A DNA stretch of 64,000 bases from Thermodesulfobacteriota bacterium (GTDB lineage Bacteria; Desulfobacterota; Desulfobacteria; Desulfobacterales; C00003060), in NCBI GenBank assembly GCA_034189385.1, contig JAXHVD010000002.1, forward strand, positions 185,893-249,892, read 5' to 3'. The notes below the pieces were generated by a model. It was not told where the DNA came from and made no database searches. It worked only from the letters and a program-made list of their open reading frames with translations. The position numbers and the translations under genes are program-made. Of the stretch, positions 43,706-54,531 are shown one piece after another. The first letter of the stretch is position 1, and the number at the start of each line of letters is the position of its first letter.

Positions 43706-45388
43706 ATGAAAAACAGGGTTTTTGTCATCGGCTTGGATGGGGCTACATTTGATCTGATAAAGCCATGGGCTCGCGAGGGGAAGCTTCCCAATCTTTCCCG
43801 TCTGATTTCCACTGGCGTCCATGGCGACCTCATGTCAACGATTCATCCTCTGTCGCCTCAGGCATGGAGTTCGTTTATGACAGGGAAGAATCCTGGCAAG
43901 CACGGGATTTACGGCTTTGTTAAACGAATGAGCGGGAGCTATGACCTCGAATACACCAACGCCACGAACTGTGATGGCGCCACGATATGGCGTTTGGTAA
44001 GCGAGGCAGGCGGAAAGGTTGGTGTCATTGATGTTCCTTTCACATATCCCCCTGAAACGGTGGATGGTTTTTTGATCACCGGGATGGATGCCATGTGGGA
44101 TGAATCTACCTTCATCTATCCAAGGGATTTAAAGGCGGAGATTGAGAACAGACTGGGAGATTACTGCTGGTATCCGCAGAAACCAACCATGAAGGAGATG
44201 GATAAGTATGTGGATGACATGTTTAAAGTCATTGATCACCGGGCCCGCATCACAGAATATCTCATGGAAAACAGGCCCTGGGATTTTTTTATCACCGTCT
44301 TCCTGGCCCCTGACAGGGTACAGCACACGTTGTGGCGTCACATGGACAAGAACCACGTCTTGCACAATTCCCAGGAGGCCGAGAAGTACGGTGACGTCAT
44401 TTTCCGCGTCTATCAAAGGATAGATGAGATCATAGGCGAGTTGGTGGCAAAGCTAGACGACAGAGCGACCGTGGTGATCATGTCCGATCATGGCGCCGGT
44501 CCTTACAAGTGCGTCTTGAACCTGACCAAGTGGCTGAACATGAACGGGTGGCTGAAATTTAAGGGCGGCCGAAATGGGGCTAAATTGGGCGGTCTGCGGA
44601 GTGGAGTGCTCAAGAATTCCTACTTCGTTCTTAAGAAATGGCTTCCGAACAAGTTGAAAAAGAGACTGGCCACCCTTTCTCCTGATCTCAAGCACAAATG
44701 GGCGTCACGTATCATCTTTTCCGGGATCGACTGGCGAAATACACGAGCATACGCCGTGGGTAACTACGGCAACATTTCCATTAATGTTAAAGGCAGGGAA
44801 CCCTTGGGAATTGTTGATCCCGGCGAAGAATACGAAAGCCTTCGAGAGGAGATCATCCAGAGGTTGGCGGGGCTCAAGGACCCTGATTCCGGGGAGCCGA
44901 TCCTGGACAAAGTCTACAGGCGGGAAGAGCTTTACAGTGGGCCGTACATGGAAGAGGCTCCAGACCTCATTGTCCTTTGGAAGGACTTTGCCTATTACAC
45001 GCGTCAATCGGTTGCCGACGAAGAGGTGTCACTGTTCGAGCCACCAGGCAAATTCGGAAACAGGACCATCGAACATAGCGCCTGTCACAGGCCCAACGGT
45101 ATCCTGATTATGAACGGAAGGCCATTGCTTCAGGGCAAAACCATAGAGGCGAATATCATAGATTTGGCTCCCACCATCCTTCATGCCATAGGGCTTCCCG
45201 TGCCGGAGGACATGGATGGCAAGGTGCTCTCCGAGGCTTTCGCTTCTTCCTATCTCCAATCCCATCCCGTTCGCTATGTGGCCCTTGAAGCCGTGCCCAA
45301 ACATATAGAAGAGAAGACCCCAGCCGTTTCTTCGGAGGAAGCCGAAGCAACACGGCAAAGGCTTCGAGACTTGGGGTACATTGATTGA
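43706..45388 (+). CDS. Alkaline-phosphatase-superfamily protein 3
   Basis: GLDGAT, STIHPLSPQAWSSFMTGKNPGKHG, MSDHG, LGYID end. Confidence 0.92.
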   Translation: MKNRVFVIGLDGATFDLIKPWAREGKLPNLSRLISTGVHGDLMSTIHPLSPQAWSSFMTGKNPGKHGIYGFVKRMSGSYDLEYTNATNCDGATIWRLVSEAGGKVGVIDVPFTYPPETVDGFLITGMDAMWDESTFIYPRDLKAEIENRLGDYCWYPQKPTMKEMDKYVDDMFKVIDHRARITEYLMENRPWDFFITVFLAPDRVQHTLWRHMDKNHVLHNSQEAEKYGDVIFRVYQRIDEIIGELVAKLDDRATVVIMSDHGAGPYKCVLNLTKWLNMNGWLKFKGGRNGAKLGGLRSGVLKNSYFVLKKWLPNKLKKRLATLSPDLKHKWASRIIFSGIDWRNTRAYAVGNYGNISINVKGREPLGIVDPGEEYESLREEIIQRLAGLKDPDSGEPILDKVYRREELYSGPYMEEAPDLIVLWKDFAYYTRQSVADEEVSLFEPPGKFGNRTIEHSACHRPNGILIMNGRPLLQGKTIEANIIDLAPTILHAIGLPVPEDMDGKVLSEAFASSYLQSHPVRYVALEAVPKHIEEKTPAVSSEEAEATRQRLRDLGYID

Positions 45389-45412
45389 AGGTGACCTGGT
45401 AGGATCTTTCCT

Positions 45413-46900
45413 ATGAACGTTGTCAAACGAATCGCCAAGAATTCATCTGTTACCATGGGTACAGGAATTGTGAACATGGTCGGTGCGCTACTCACCCTGG
45501 CCGTTGTGGCGCGGTACCTGGATGCAGAGCGATTCGGAGAGTACATATTCGTGATGGCCTTTATCGCGGTTTTTGAGGTACTTACGGACATGGGATACAA
45601 TGCGATATTGGTCAGAGAAATAGCTCGGGCAAAGGACCAACTGACTAAAGTGGTGGGAACAGCTGTCATTGTTAAATTCTTCGTTGCATTACTCAGCTTT
45701 GGTCTCATATTGATTTCGGCAACGGTCTTCGAGCTGGCCGTGGAGCTCAGTCCGGAAGTCAAGAATGCCATCTGTGTCATGGCCCTTGTAGTGACATTGG
45801 ACTTCTTTGTCGACATCTGCATTTCTACCATACGGGCCCATGAGAAAATGGAATATGAGGCAATCATAGTAGTCTTCAACCGAGTTACTACTGTGCTATT
45901 TATTGGCCTTGTTGCCATGTTCAACTTGGGGTTTTTAAGTCTTTTCTTAGCCAGGCTGTACTCAAACATTCTTACTTCAGGACTGGCTATCTTTGTCTAT
46001 GTGAGAAGGTTTGGAAAGCTTCAACTTGACTATGATATTTCCACAAGCAGGCACCTCACAAAAGAAGCGCTTCCCCTGGGTGTGGGGCAGCTTGTGGACA
46101 GGCTCTATATTACAACAAACTTTTTTTTGATAAGGATCATTCAGTCGGCAGCAGAGGTGGGATTTTATGGAGGTGCTTACAGAATCATACAGAAATGTGG
46201 AATAGTTGCAGTTTCTATTGTGGCTGCTGTCTTTCCAGTCTTTTCAAAGCTATCACAGTCTTCAGTCTCATCACTCGCGCTGGCCCACGAAAAGACATTG
46301 AAGTTCCTTGTGGCCATAAGCTTGCCTGTAGTGGTGATTGTAATCTGCATGTCAAAAAAGATCACTACCATTCTATTCGGAACGAATGTTCTTGAGATCG
46401 CTCAATCATTGAAGATACTGGCTTTCTGTCTCGTCCTGAATTTTTCTAATTTGCTTTTCAAATTTACCTTGAATGCCATGAACAAGCAATTGTTATACAG
46501 GCGGAACATATTGGTGGCCTTTGTCACTAACCTTGTATTGGCTCTGCTGTTGATCCCGGTCTATGGACACATTGGAGCTTGTGTCGCATTTCTGGCTTCA
46601 TCGGGGCTCCTTTTCGTGCTAGGTCACTGGAGTATATCAAAGTACATGGCTGGGGTGTCTCTGAAGGCAGCATTGGTGAGACCTTTTGCAAGCGCGTTGG
46701 TGATGGCCGTTTTCCTGGTGTTGGGCCGTGATATTAATTTCTACCTCGTTGTGCCAGGTAGCATCTTGGCCTACGTTGTTAGCTCGGCGGTCTTAGGAAC
46801 GTTTACAATCGATGAAATTCGCATGCTGCAATCTGCCAGGACGGGTCCGAGAGACCATAATGAGGAAGATGTAAGATATGCACCCTGTTCGCTGTCGTGA
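45413..46900 (+). CDS. Wzx-type oligosaccharide flippase
   Basis: IAKNS start, ARYL..ERFG.Y, LVREIA, VGFYGGAYRI, many TM helices. Confidence 0.9.
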   Translation: MNVVKRIAKNSSVTMGTGIVNMVGALLTLAVVARYLDAERFGEYIFVMAFIAVFEVLTDMGYNAILVREIARAKDQLTKVVGTAVIVKFFVALLSFGLILISATVFELAVELSPEVKNAICVMALVVTLDFFVDICISTIRAHEKMEYEAIIVVFNRVTTVLFIGLVAMFNLGFLSLFLARLYSNILTSGLAIFVYVRRFGKLQLDYDISTSRHLTKEALPLGVGQLVDRLYITTNFFLIRIIQSAAEVGFYGGAYRIIQKCGIVAVSIVAAVFPVFSKLSQSSVSSLALAHEKTLKFLVAISLPVVVIVICMSKKITTILFGTNVLEIAQSLKILAFCLVLNFSNLLFKFTLNAMNKQLLYRRNILVAFVTNLVLALLLIPVYGHIGACVAFLASSGLLFVLGHWSISKYMAGVSLKAALVRPFASALVMAVFLVLGRDINFYLVVPGSILAYVVSSAVLGTFTIDEIRMLQSARTGPRDHNEEDVRYAPCSLS

Positions 46901-48539
46901 CATAGGGAAACTGTTGGTTATCGGTCTAGACGGGGCGACCTTCACGGTCCTGAATCCATTGATGCGGGATGGATACCTTCCCCATCTAAAGGCCATGATC
47001 GAAAGTGGGGGGCACGGCATTTTGCAGTCAACGATGCCTCCCTTTAGCGCTTCGGCCTGGGCGTCTTTCATGACCGGCAAGAACCCCGGCAAGCACGGTC
47101 TTTTTGATTTCAGGGCTCCGGTGATGACAAACCCGCTAAGGCCTTTGACCAATTCCACATTCATTAGATCGAAGACATTGTGGAGGATTCTGAGCGATGC
47201 CGGGAAGAAAGTGGTGGCCATCAATGTCCCCATGACCTACCCGCCGGAAAGTGTCAACGGAGTCATGATTGGTGGCATTATGACCCCTGTCATCAAGGAT
47301 AAATGCTTCTACCCTCCTGAACTCCACCAGAAAGTAGCCGATGCACTGGGGGAATATAGACCGGAGCCTGACTGGGATGCGTACAGAGAAAACGGCATCA
47401 GAGATGCAGACCGTGATGTGATCCCGAGACTGGTGGAAGAGGTCACCTCTTTGAGTCAAAATAGAGGCGAGGCGGGCCTCTTCTTGCTAGAGGAAGTTGA
47501 CTGGGATCTCTTCATGATCGTCTTTACCAGTGTGGACAGGCTCCAGCATTTTGCATGGAAGTATCTGGACCCGGCCTATCACGACTATGACTCCAAGACA
47601 GCTAGAATCTACTGGGAGGTGCTGGCCGGGTACTATTCCGCCCTTGACGACATGATAGGAAAACTGATCCAGGGGGCCGGCAAGGATGTTCATGCCATTA
47701 TTTTATCTGATCACGGTTTTGGGCCGCAATACAAGAAATTCTACATTAACAATTGGCTCGTGGAGCAAGGTTTTCTCGGACTTTTGGAAACGAAGAGAGC
47801 ATGGCGAAAGCTGTTTAGAAGGTTCGATATCTCTCGCATCAGAAAGCTCGTGCCGACGTCACTAGAACGTAGGATGAGGAGAAACTTCACGGTGTTCAAT
47901 TGTATTGATTGGTCTCGAACCAAGGCCTATGGGGGAACTTCCAGTGAACAAGGAATATTTATCAATGTGAAGGGTAGAGAACCCCATGGTATTGTCAGGC
48001 CTGGGAGCGAGTATCGTCAGGTGGTGGACGAGGTCTGTGAGAAACTGGATCAGTTGGTTGATCCGGCCACAGGGGAACGTGTTGTGACCAAGATATTCAG
48101 GAGGGATGAATTGTACTGGGGACCTCATGTGGAATTTGGGCCGGACATCGTGTTCGAGCTCAAGGATATGAGTTATTTGACCAAAGAAAACATTGGCCAA
48201 CATGACCTGTTTGAGTCTTCCGGGTTTGAGTCTGGTTCTCATCGCAGAGAGGGAGTGCTAGTGATGAACGGACCGGTCTTTAAGAAGGGATTCAAGTCTC
48301 CTGAGGCATCAATCGTAGATGTAGCGCCGAGCATTCTCTATTCGCTGGGTATCCCTGTGGATAGCGATATGGACGGAAGGGTGTTGACAGATTGGTTTGA
48401 GGAAAAGTTCGTGGAGGAAAGGCCTGTTCGGACAAGAAGCTTTGATGCAGATTCTGATGGAAGTGGGAGAAAAACTGTTTATTCTGATGCAGAGAGTGAA
48501 GAGATAGAGTCCGTGCTCAAAGGCCTAGGGTACTTATAG
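46878..48539 (+). CDS. Alkaline-phosphatase-superfamily protein 4
   Basis: GLDGAT, STMPPFSASAWASFMTGKNPGKHG, LSDHGFG, LGYL end. Start uncertain. Confidence 0.9.
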   Translation: MHPVRCRDIGKLLVIGLDGATFTVLNPLMRDGYLPHLKAMIESGGHGILQSTMPPFSASAWASFMTGKNPGKHGLFDFRAPVMTNPLRPLTNSTFIRSKTLWRILSDAGKKVVAINVPMTYPPESVNGVMIGGIMTPVIKDKCFYPPELHQKVADALGEYRPEPDWDAYRENGIRDADRDVIPRLVEEVTSLSQNRGEAGLFLLEEVDWDLFMIVFTSVDRLQHFAWKYLDPAYHDYDSKTARIYWEVLAGYYSALDDMIGKLIQGAGKDVHAIILSDHGFGPQYKKFYINNWLVEQGFLGLLETKRAWRKLFRRFDISRIRKLVPTSLERRMRRNFTVFNCIDWSRTKAYGGTSSEQGIFINVKGREPHGIVRPGSEYRQVVDEVCEKLDQLVDPATGERVVTKIFRRDELYWGPHVEFGPDIVFELKDMSYLTKENIGQHDLFESSGFESGSHRREGVLVMNGPVFKKGFKSPEASIVDVAPSILYSLGIPVDSDMDGRVLTDWFEEKFVEERPVRTRSFDADSDGSGRKTVYSDAESEEIESVLKGLGYL

Positions 48540-48543
48540 GCAT

Positions 48544-49725
48544 ATGAAAGAGCATCATCGCGTCAACATTCTTTTTACGAACGCGTCGGCTTTTTCAGTG
48601 GCAAAGCAAATCGGCGGCGGAGAGGTACATTTACTGTCGTTGATCAGCAAGTTGAATCGCGAGAGATACAAGATCTTTGTGACCTATCCGGGCCCAGGGC
48701 CATTAGAAGAATTACTGAAGAAGGAATCTGTGACCCCCGTGCGAGTCACGAGCCTACGGGGCAAATGGGAACCTTTATGCGTCTTTGAGCTTATGTGCCT
48801 CATCCAGAGGCATAGCATTGACATCGTTCATTCTTATGAGCCCAAGAGCGCCTTTTGGGCCATGATAGCTGCCAATCTGCTGGACGTGCCGGGAGAGGTT
48901 TACACGGTCCATTTGCCCTGCTTCACTCCATACTGGAAAGAGTCGGGATGGAGATGGGCACGTGACAAGATTAGATTTCTGAGAGACACTATCACCAGTG
49001 GCATGGCTGACAAAATCATTGCTGTATCTGACGAAATAAGAACCGAGAAAATAGAGAGACAACACGTAGCTCCTGACAAGGTAGTGACGATTCTAAACGG
49101 TGTCGATAGCACAAAGTTTTCGCCGACGAGAAAAGACCGCAAGCGCCTGTATGAAAAGTTTGGCATTCCCGAGGAATCTCCTCTAGTAGGGGTGGTGGCC
49201 CGTATGGAACCGCACAAGGGACACGGCTATTTGATTCAGGCAATGAGTGCTGTAATAGATGAAGTGCCGGAAACCCGGCTGCTTGTTATCGGGGAGGGTT
49301 GGTATGAACAGGAGATAAGGAGGGCTGTACAACGCCAGCAGTTAGAAAATCATATCATATTCACCGGGTTTCAGGAGGATATGGCAGGCATACTTGCAGG
49401 TCTGGATATCGTGGTGATGCCATCCCTGTACGAAAGTACTAATCTATCTTTGGTCGAGGCGATGATGATGGAAAAACCTGTTGTTGCCTCGGCGATCCCC
49501 AGCCACAGACAGATGGTTCAAGATGGCGTGAATGGTTTTTTGGTCAGACCCAAAGACACCCAGGGTCTGGCCAGCGCCATGATTAAGGTGTTGAAAGGTC
49601 CTTCTTTGGCAATAACCATGGGAAAAAAGGGCCGCAAGATCGCTGTTGCACGATTCAGCCTGGATCGAATGTGTGAAGAGACAGAAGACTTGTATGAGGC
49701 CTTGTTGAGCAAGGTGGATATATGA
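48544..49725 (+). CDS. GT4 glycosyltransferase
   Basis: GGGE, VARMEPHKG, PSLYESTNLSLVEAM. Confidence 0.9.
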   Translation: MKEHHRVNILFTNASAFSVAKQIGGGEVHLLSLISKLNRERYKIFVTYPGPGPLEELLKKESVTPVRVTSLRGKWEPLCVFELMCLIQRHSIDIVHSYEPKSAFWAMIAANLLDVPGEVYTVHLPCFTPYWKESGWRWARDKIRFLRDTITSGMADKIIAVSDEIRTEKIERQHVAPDKVVTILNGVDSTKFSPTRKDRKRLYEKFGIPEESPLVGVVARMEPHKGHGYLIQAMSAVIDEVPETRLLVIGEGWYEQEIRRAVQRQQLENHIIFTGFQEDMAGILAGLDIVVMPSLYESTNLSLVEAMMMEKPVVASAIPSHRQMVQDGVNGFLVRPKDTQGLASAMIKVLKGPSLAITMGKKGRKIAVARFSLDRMCEETEDLYEALLSKVDI

Positions 49726-51182
49726 CGACCATGCTGTTATCCAGACAACTACTGGGCAACGTCGACCTCAAAAAGTCTGAGTTGGTGGTGGTGATCGTCA
49801 TTGTGGCAGCAGAGATGTTGCTGGGACTCATCTGTCTCATAACGGGCGTTCGCGTATTCCCCCTGTTTCTTGGCGGTCTTCTGGTGTTACTCATATTCCT
49901 GTTCCCAAGAATAGGAGTCCTCTTCGTGTTATTCTTTGTCCCGGGTGTGCGGTACCTGACGTTTGACATTGGCCCGGTCACCATGAACCCCCTTCGTCTA
50001 CTGCTTGTTCCCACTTTCATAGGTCTGATGTTGCATGTTCTGGTGAATAGAGCATCCTTTAAGCCGCTAAACATAGGTGTTCCCATGGTTGCATTTATTT
50101 CGGTAGCGGTTTTGTCTGTTGTGCAAGGATGTGACCTTGGGGCCGGTCTTACAAGGCTCATGTTTTTCCTTTCTCTCTTCTTAGTACCATTTGTCCTGGT
50201 TCAGCTCATTGACAACAAGAAGTGGGTAAAGACAGCCGTCGGCGTCATGGTTGCGTCCTCCATCGTGTTGATTACGTTAGCTCTAGTGGAGGCATTTTTT
50301 GTCTATAGGGGGTTCTCGGCTATGATTGCCGGGGGGCACAGACTTGCGGGGGGCGTAACTGGTAGACTTTATGGGGGGCCGCATCCTTTTGCCTTGGATC
50401 TTAATACCTATTTACCCTTCGTGCTTCTTTTGGCTGCGGCTTCGTGTCGTTGGAAGTCCTTGGCTTTGATCTTGTTGGGATCCTGTTTTATGCTCGGTAT
50501 CTTTTTTTCGGGAGCCATGGCGGGGTGGTTGGGGGCAATCGGTTCGTTAATTGTTCTTTTCCTTGTGGGCTTTGCGCGTGATCGGCGGAAGGTTGTCTTG
50601 GGCGTTTTCAAAAGGCTTGTGCTGGTAATGGTGGTTGGAGGCGTCCTGGTTGGTGCTTTTGTTCCCACAGGATTGCGGGGAGCTCGTCTTGAAAGGTTTA
50701 TGACCATTGTAAAACTGCAAGGCACTCACGCCCTTGGCAGTAGAACAACAAACCTAAGACTTCCTGTTTGGGCCGCATACAAGAAAATGTTCTATGAGCA
50801 CCCTCTCCTTGGTGTGGGCTTGGGATCCGGACCCGTTGAATATCACAAGTACATGGTTGCCAAGTTGGGTGAGCCGGGAAAGGAGTTTACCCATCATGGT
50901 TTCAACGTTTTTGTGGACATAGGAGCCGAGATGGGCATACTGGGACTGGCTGCCTTTGTCTGGTTCATCATTGCCTATGCTAGGCAGGTTCTGAGGTCCT
51001 TGAGCCTGATTGAAGATCCGTTCCTGGCCAACATGCTATTGGCCTCCTTTACAGCTTCCGTGGCTGTTTTCATCCAGATGCAGACTGAGACGGGAACCTT
51101 TTGGGGCAATAATTTTTGGTGTCTTCTTGGCCTATCTCTTGCGATCGTGAACGTGGCCAACAGGAAAAGATCGAAGATATAA
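49722..51182 (+). CDS. O-antigen ligase/polymerase (Wzy_C / WaaL-like) membrane protein
   Basis: Multiple TM helices; R..VW....MFYEHPLLGVGLG, H...N.F..IGAEMGILG. Confidence 0.85.
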   Translation: MTTMLLSRQLLGNVDLKKSELVVVIVIVAAEMLLGLICLITGVRVFPLFLGGLLVLLIFLFPRIGVLFVLFFVPGVRYLTFDIGPVTMNPLRLLLVPTFIGLMLHVLVNRASFKPLNIGVPMVAFISVAVLSVVQGCDLGAGLTRLMFFLSLFLVPFVLVQLIDNKKWVKTAVGVMVASSIVLITLALVEAFFVYRGFSAMIAGGHRLAGGVTGRLYGGPHPFALDLNTYLPFVLLLAAASCRWKSLALILLGSCFMLGIFFSGAMAGWLGAIGSLIVLFLVGFARDRRKVVLGVFKRLVLVMVVGGVLVGAFVPTGLRGARLERFMTIVKLQGTHALGSRTTNLRLPVWAAYKKMFYEHPLLGVGLGSGPVEYHKYMVAKLGEPGKEFTHHGFNVFVDIGAEMGILGLAAFVWFIIAYARQVLRSLSLIEDPFLANMLLASFTASVAVFIQMQTETGTFWGNNFWCLLGLSLAIVNVANRKRSKI

Positions 51183-51302
51183 TTTTGGAAGGGAAGACTT
51201 GCACACCGGGACATCCACCTTGAGAAATATATGGCGAAGCCAAGACGGCGAGCCCGATTGCTGTTGATTGGTTAGGCAATAAGATTTTTATGGCCTCATA
51301 CA

Positions 51303-52832
51303 TTATAGATAGCCCAGCGATTTCAGTTGCTGTCTCAACAGGTCAGAGTCTTCCCCCTCTTCGGCATCAAGATGCCCGCCAGATGGTTCGCCGTCGTAAG
51401 TTGGGATGTATGCTGGGGGAGATTCATTGAGAAACTGCTCTTCGATAATTCCTGTAATCACCTGCCCGTCCATATCCTGACCTACAGGCACCCCCACGAG
51501 GGTCAGAAGCGTGGGTACAAGATCGATGTTTCTGATTGCAGGTGCTGATAAGCCTTTCTTTATATTTGGTCCTGACAGTATGAACATCCCAGAGGGGTGG
51601 TGCGTCCCTGTGAGCCTGTCGGGATTTCTTGCGATAAACTCCTGAAGCTTACGCGCTGTGCCACTACAGCGCATATGCATGTCCTGTTCGAATGTGGACT
51701 CCTCAACGGCCGGATTGAACCTCAAAGATATATTGTCATGCCCTTCTTTTTCCACTTGAAAGAGCTTCTCACCGGTCTCTTTCACAGTGACATTTTTCAA
51801 GAGATCCATAATCTTTTGTTCATTTGCGGTATCGAGAATTCTTATTACTGCCTTTGCACCAAGGTTAATACCTCTCGCCTCATTCTCGATACCCAGCACT
51901 TTCAGGAGTGGCTCAAATTTAATCCTCTTGCGATATTTGAATTCCTTTCCGACAGCGCAGAACCCATGATCAGAGACAACAAGGACAATGGATCTGTCGT
52001 CGATCTCTAGGAGGATTTTGCCAAGAGTAGCATCTGCTTTCTTGTACGCTTCAGAAATCACATTTTTGTATTTCTCAATCTCTCTTTGCGGCAAGCCGTC
52101 GAAAAGCTCCGGCTCTCTGTATTTCCAGAAGTAGTGTGAACACGCATCAAGCAAGTGCATGTGGAAAAAAGAGTACCCAGGTTGATACCTCTTAGAGAGA
52201 TATACAAAAACGTCACTTTGCATTTCCTGTCTGAAGACTCTCTGCCAAAAAAAATCTTTCCTCTCATCTGAGAGTCTGGACAATTTGCCGATAAGTAGCC
52301 TTGCGCCCAAGGAGAGGGTTCTTACTGAAACTCCGAATTGGCGGCAGAGTAGGGCATAGCGGAGATAATGAGCCAATGGTGTCTTTTTCCCCTCTCGTGT
52401 TTTGACTTCGAGTTGTGAAAGAAAGCCCAGCTCCGGGGGATATGTTTCGGTTCCTCTGGCTGTAAAAAGGTTCGGTACAATAAAGCCGTTCACCTTCTTC
52501 GGGGGCCACGTAGTGAAGTGACCGAAGACACCTATGGCGACACCTTGCTGCTCCAAAATGTCCCAGATCGTCTTGCACCTCCTGGTCTTGGCTGTTGCCC
52601 AAAAGTCCTTGATACCGTGTTTGTCCGGCAACTTTCCTGTGGAGATACTGGTCCACAACACGGGGGAAATCAAAGGCGGAGGTGCCTCACAGATCCCATA
52701 ACTGCCATTCTCCATGAGCCTGGAGATATTTGGTAGCTCCTTTCTTCTATCCATGCTATTGATGATGTCCCACGTGGCACCATCTAGGCCAATAACAACT
52801 ATCTTGAGTTTGTTGTGCTGGGATTTTTCCAT
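51303..52832 (-). CDS. Alkaline-phosphatase-superfamily protein 5 (divergent)
   Basis: GLDGAT, PLISPVLWTSISTGKLPDKHG, VSDHGF, DLVPT, LGYL end. Confidence 0.9.
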   Translation of the reverse strand: MEKSQHNKLKIVVIGLDGATWDIINSMDRRKELPNISRLMENGSYGICEAPPPLISPVLWTSISTGKLPDKHGIKDFWATAKTRRCKTIWDILEQQGVAIGVFGHFTTWPPKKVNGFIVPNLFTARGTETYPPELGFLSQLEVKTREGKKTPLAHYLRYALLCRQFGVSVRTLSLGARLLIGKLSRLSDERKDFFWQRVFRQEMQSDVFVYLSKRYQPGYSFFHMHLLDACSHYFWKYREPELFDGLPQREIEKYKNVISEAYKKADATLGKILLEIDDRSIVLVVSDHGFCAVGKEFKYRKRIKFEPLLKVLGIENEARGINLGAKAVIRILDTANEQKIMDLLKNVTVKETGEKLFQVEKEGHDNISLRFNPAVEESTFEQDMHMRCSGTARKLQEFIARNPDRLTGTHHPSGMFILSGPNIKKGLSAPAIRNIDLVPTLLTLVGVPVGQDMDGQVITGIIEEQFLNESPPAYIPTYDGEPSGGHLDAEEGEDSDLLRQQLKSLGYL

Positions 52833-53398
52833 TTCCTCTTTCCTATGGTCTCAATCTGTTATTGAGAGAGATTTCTGCCTTTTAGTAAAACGCCCTACTA
52901 TAGCGGCGCTGCTGCCAATTGTCAATTGGAAAAAATTCCCTTGACTCGGAGACTATTGCAGCCCTTGGCAACTTGACGCGAGCCTTTCGTCGTTAGGCCC
53001 GATGGTCAGGGGCGATGGACGTCCCACAAGAAAATCTGACTTTGTCTGAAGGCAGGGCACCAGATCGCTCAAATAGGGACCTACCGCAACAAGATTCCCC
53101 TTTTGGGCCATTGAAAATCCGTCGCCGGTATCAACGTTGAAACGCCTCCAGATGTTTGAGGTGACCAGCATTGACCTTGACATACATGGCCACTCGTAAT
53201 AGTGTATATTATAAATTGGTTACTGCAACAAGTGATTTGGGACTTAGTCAAGGCCACCCTAAACGGTCGCTGCGAAGCACTGCCGCTAGGTAGAACATTG
53301 CCTGCAGCTTGCTGCAGGGTCTTCAATGCCGGAAAGGCTCTTTTGGATAATGAAGTGAAAGGAATGATGCAAGAAACGGGAGCAAATGTAGAGTGGTT

Positions 53399-54511
53399 AT
53401 GCGAATTGGAATCGAAAACCATTATGTCCATGGCATAGCCAGAGGCACACGCACGTACCTGGAGAATATGACGACGATTATGCCAGTGCTTGCACCGGAG
53501 CATGATTTCTACTTTTACAGTCACGGATATGAAAAGACAAGGCAACGCAGGCATAACGTCACGGAGGTCCAAAGCCCATACCGTCTCAATCATCTTAACT
53601 ACCTCGTTGGGTTCGGGCAGGTAGCGAGACGGGACAAGCTTTCGCTTTTTCATAGCCAGTACGTGGGGGGCATGGGGATGACGATTCCACAAGTTGTGAC
53701 GGTCCATGACGTCTTTCAGGCATCACATCCCCAGTACTTTCCGTTTCTCCACCGGAAGCAGTTGGACATCATGATGCGGCTTGTCGCTTCAAGGGCGGCG
53801 GCTGTTGTAACCGTTAGCAGCTACTCAAAGGCCGCTATTTGCCACTTTTACGATATTTCTGAACATCGGGTGACAGTCGCATATGAGGCAGCGAGTGATT
53901 TTTTTACGCCTACCAAGCCCGATGGGGCGTTGCGGAGGCAGATGAACGCGTTGGGTATTGGCAACGGCCCATTTTTTCTCTTCGTAGGCAGGCTAGCGCC
54001 AATCAAAAATCTAAAGGGCCTTGTATGCTCCTATGGTCTGTTCAGAGAGCGAGTGAAAGTGCCTGTACAACTTGTCATCGTCGGTGATCAGGATGATCTG
54101 TTCGGAGACGATGGCAGCCGCGAGGCCTATTTGGCGTGTCCCTACAAAGCTCACATTATCTTCACAGGGTCTGTCCGCAGGACTCTGCTTCGGGTGCTGT
54201 ACAGTAATGCCGAGGCCTTGGTCCTGCCATCCTTTTGTGAAGGATTTGGATTACCCGCAATCGAGGCTATGGCTTGCGGCACGCCTTGTATTGTTTCCGA
54301 TCGAGGTGCGCTGCCGGAGGTTGTCGGTGACGCAGGAAAGATCGTTTCCGTTGATGAACCAGACGAGTTGGCCAATGCAATGCATGACCACATTGAAAAA
54401 GAAGATCTCAAGGCGGCCAAACGCGAAGCAGCATTAAAGCGTGCAACGACGTTTTCATGGGAACGGTGTGCGCGGGAAACCTTGCAGGTCTACAGGAATG
54501 TCATGGAATAG
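53399..54511 (+). CDS. GT4 glycosyltransferase (MtfB-like)
   Basis: VVTVHD, VGRLAPIKN, PSFCEGFGLPAIEAMACGTP, FSWERCA. Confidence 0.92.
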   Translation: MRIGIENHYVHGIARGTRTYLENMTTIMPVLAPEHDFYFYSHGYEKTRQRRHNVTEVQSPYRLNHLNYLVGFGQVARRDKLSLFHSQYVGGMGMTIPQVVTVHDVFQASHPQYFPFLHRKQLDIMMRLVASRAAAVVTVSSYSKAAICHFYDISEHRVTVAYEAASDFFTPTKPDGALRRQMNALGIGNGPFFLFVGRLAPIKNLKGLVCSYGLFRERVKVPVQLVIVGDQDDLFGDDGSREAYLACPYKAHIIFTGSVRRTLLRVLYSNAEALVLPSFCEGFGLPAIEAMACGTPCIVSDRGALPEVVGDAGKIVSVDEPDELANAMHDHIEKEDLKAAKREAALKRATTFSWERCARETLQVYRNVME

Positions 54512-54531
54512 GACCCCGAGTGAGTTCAGTT

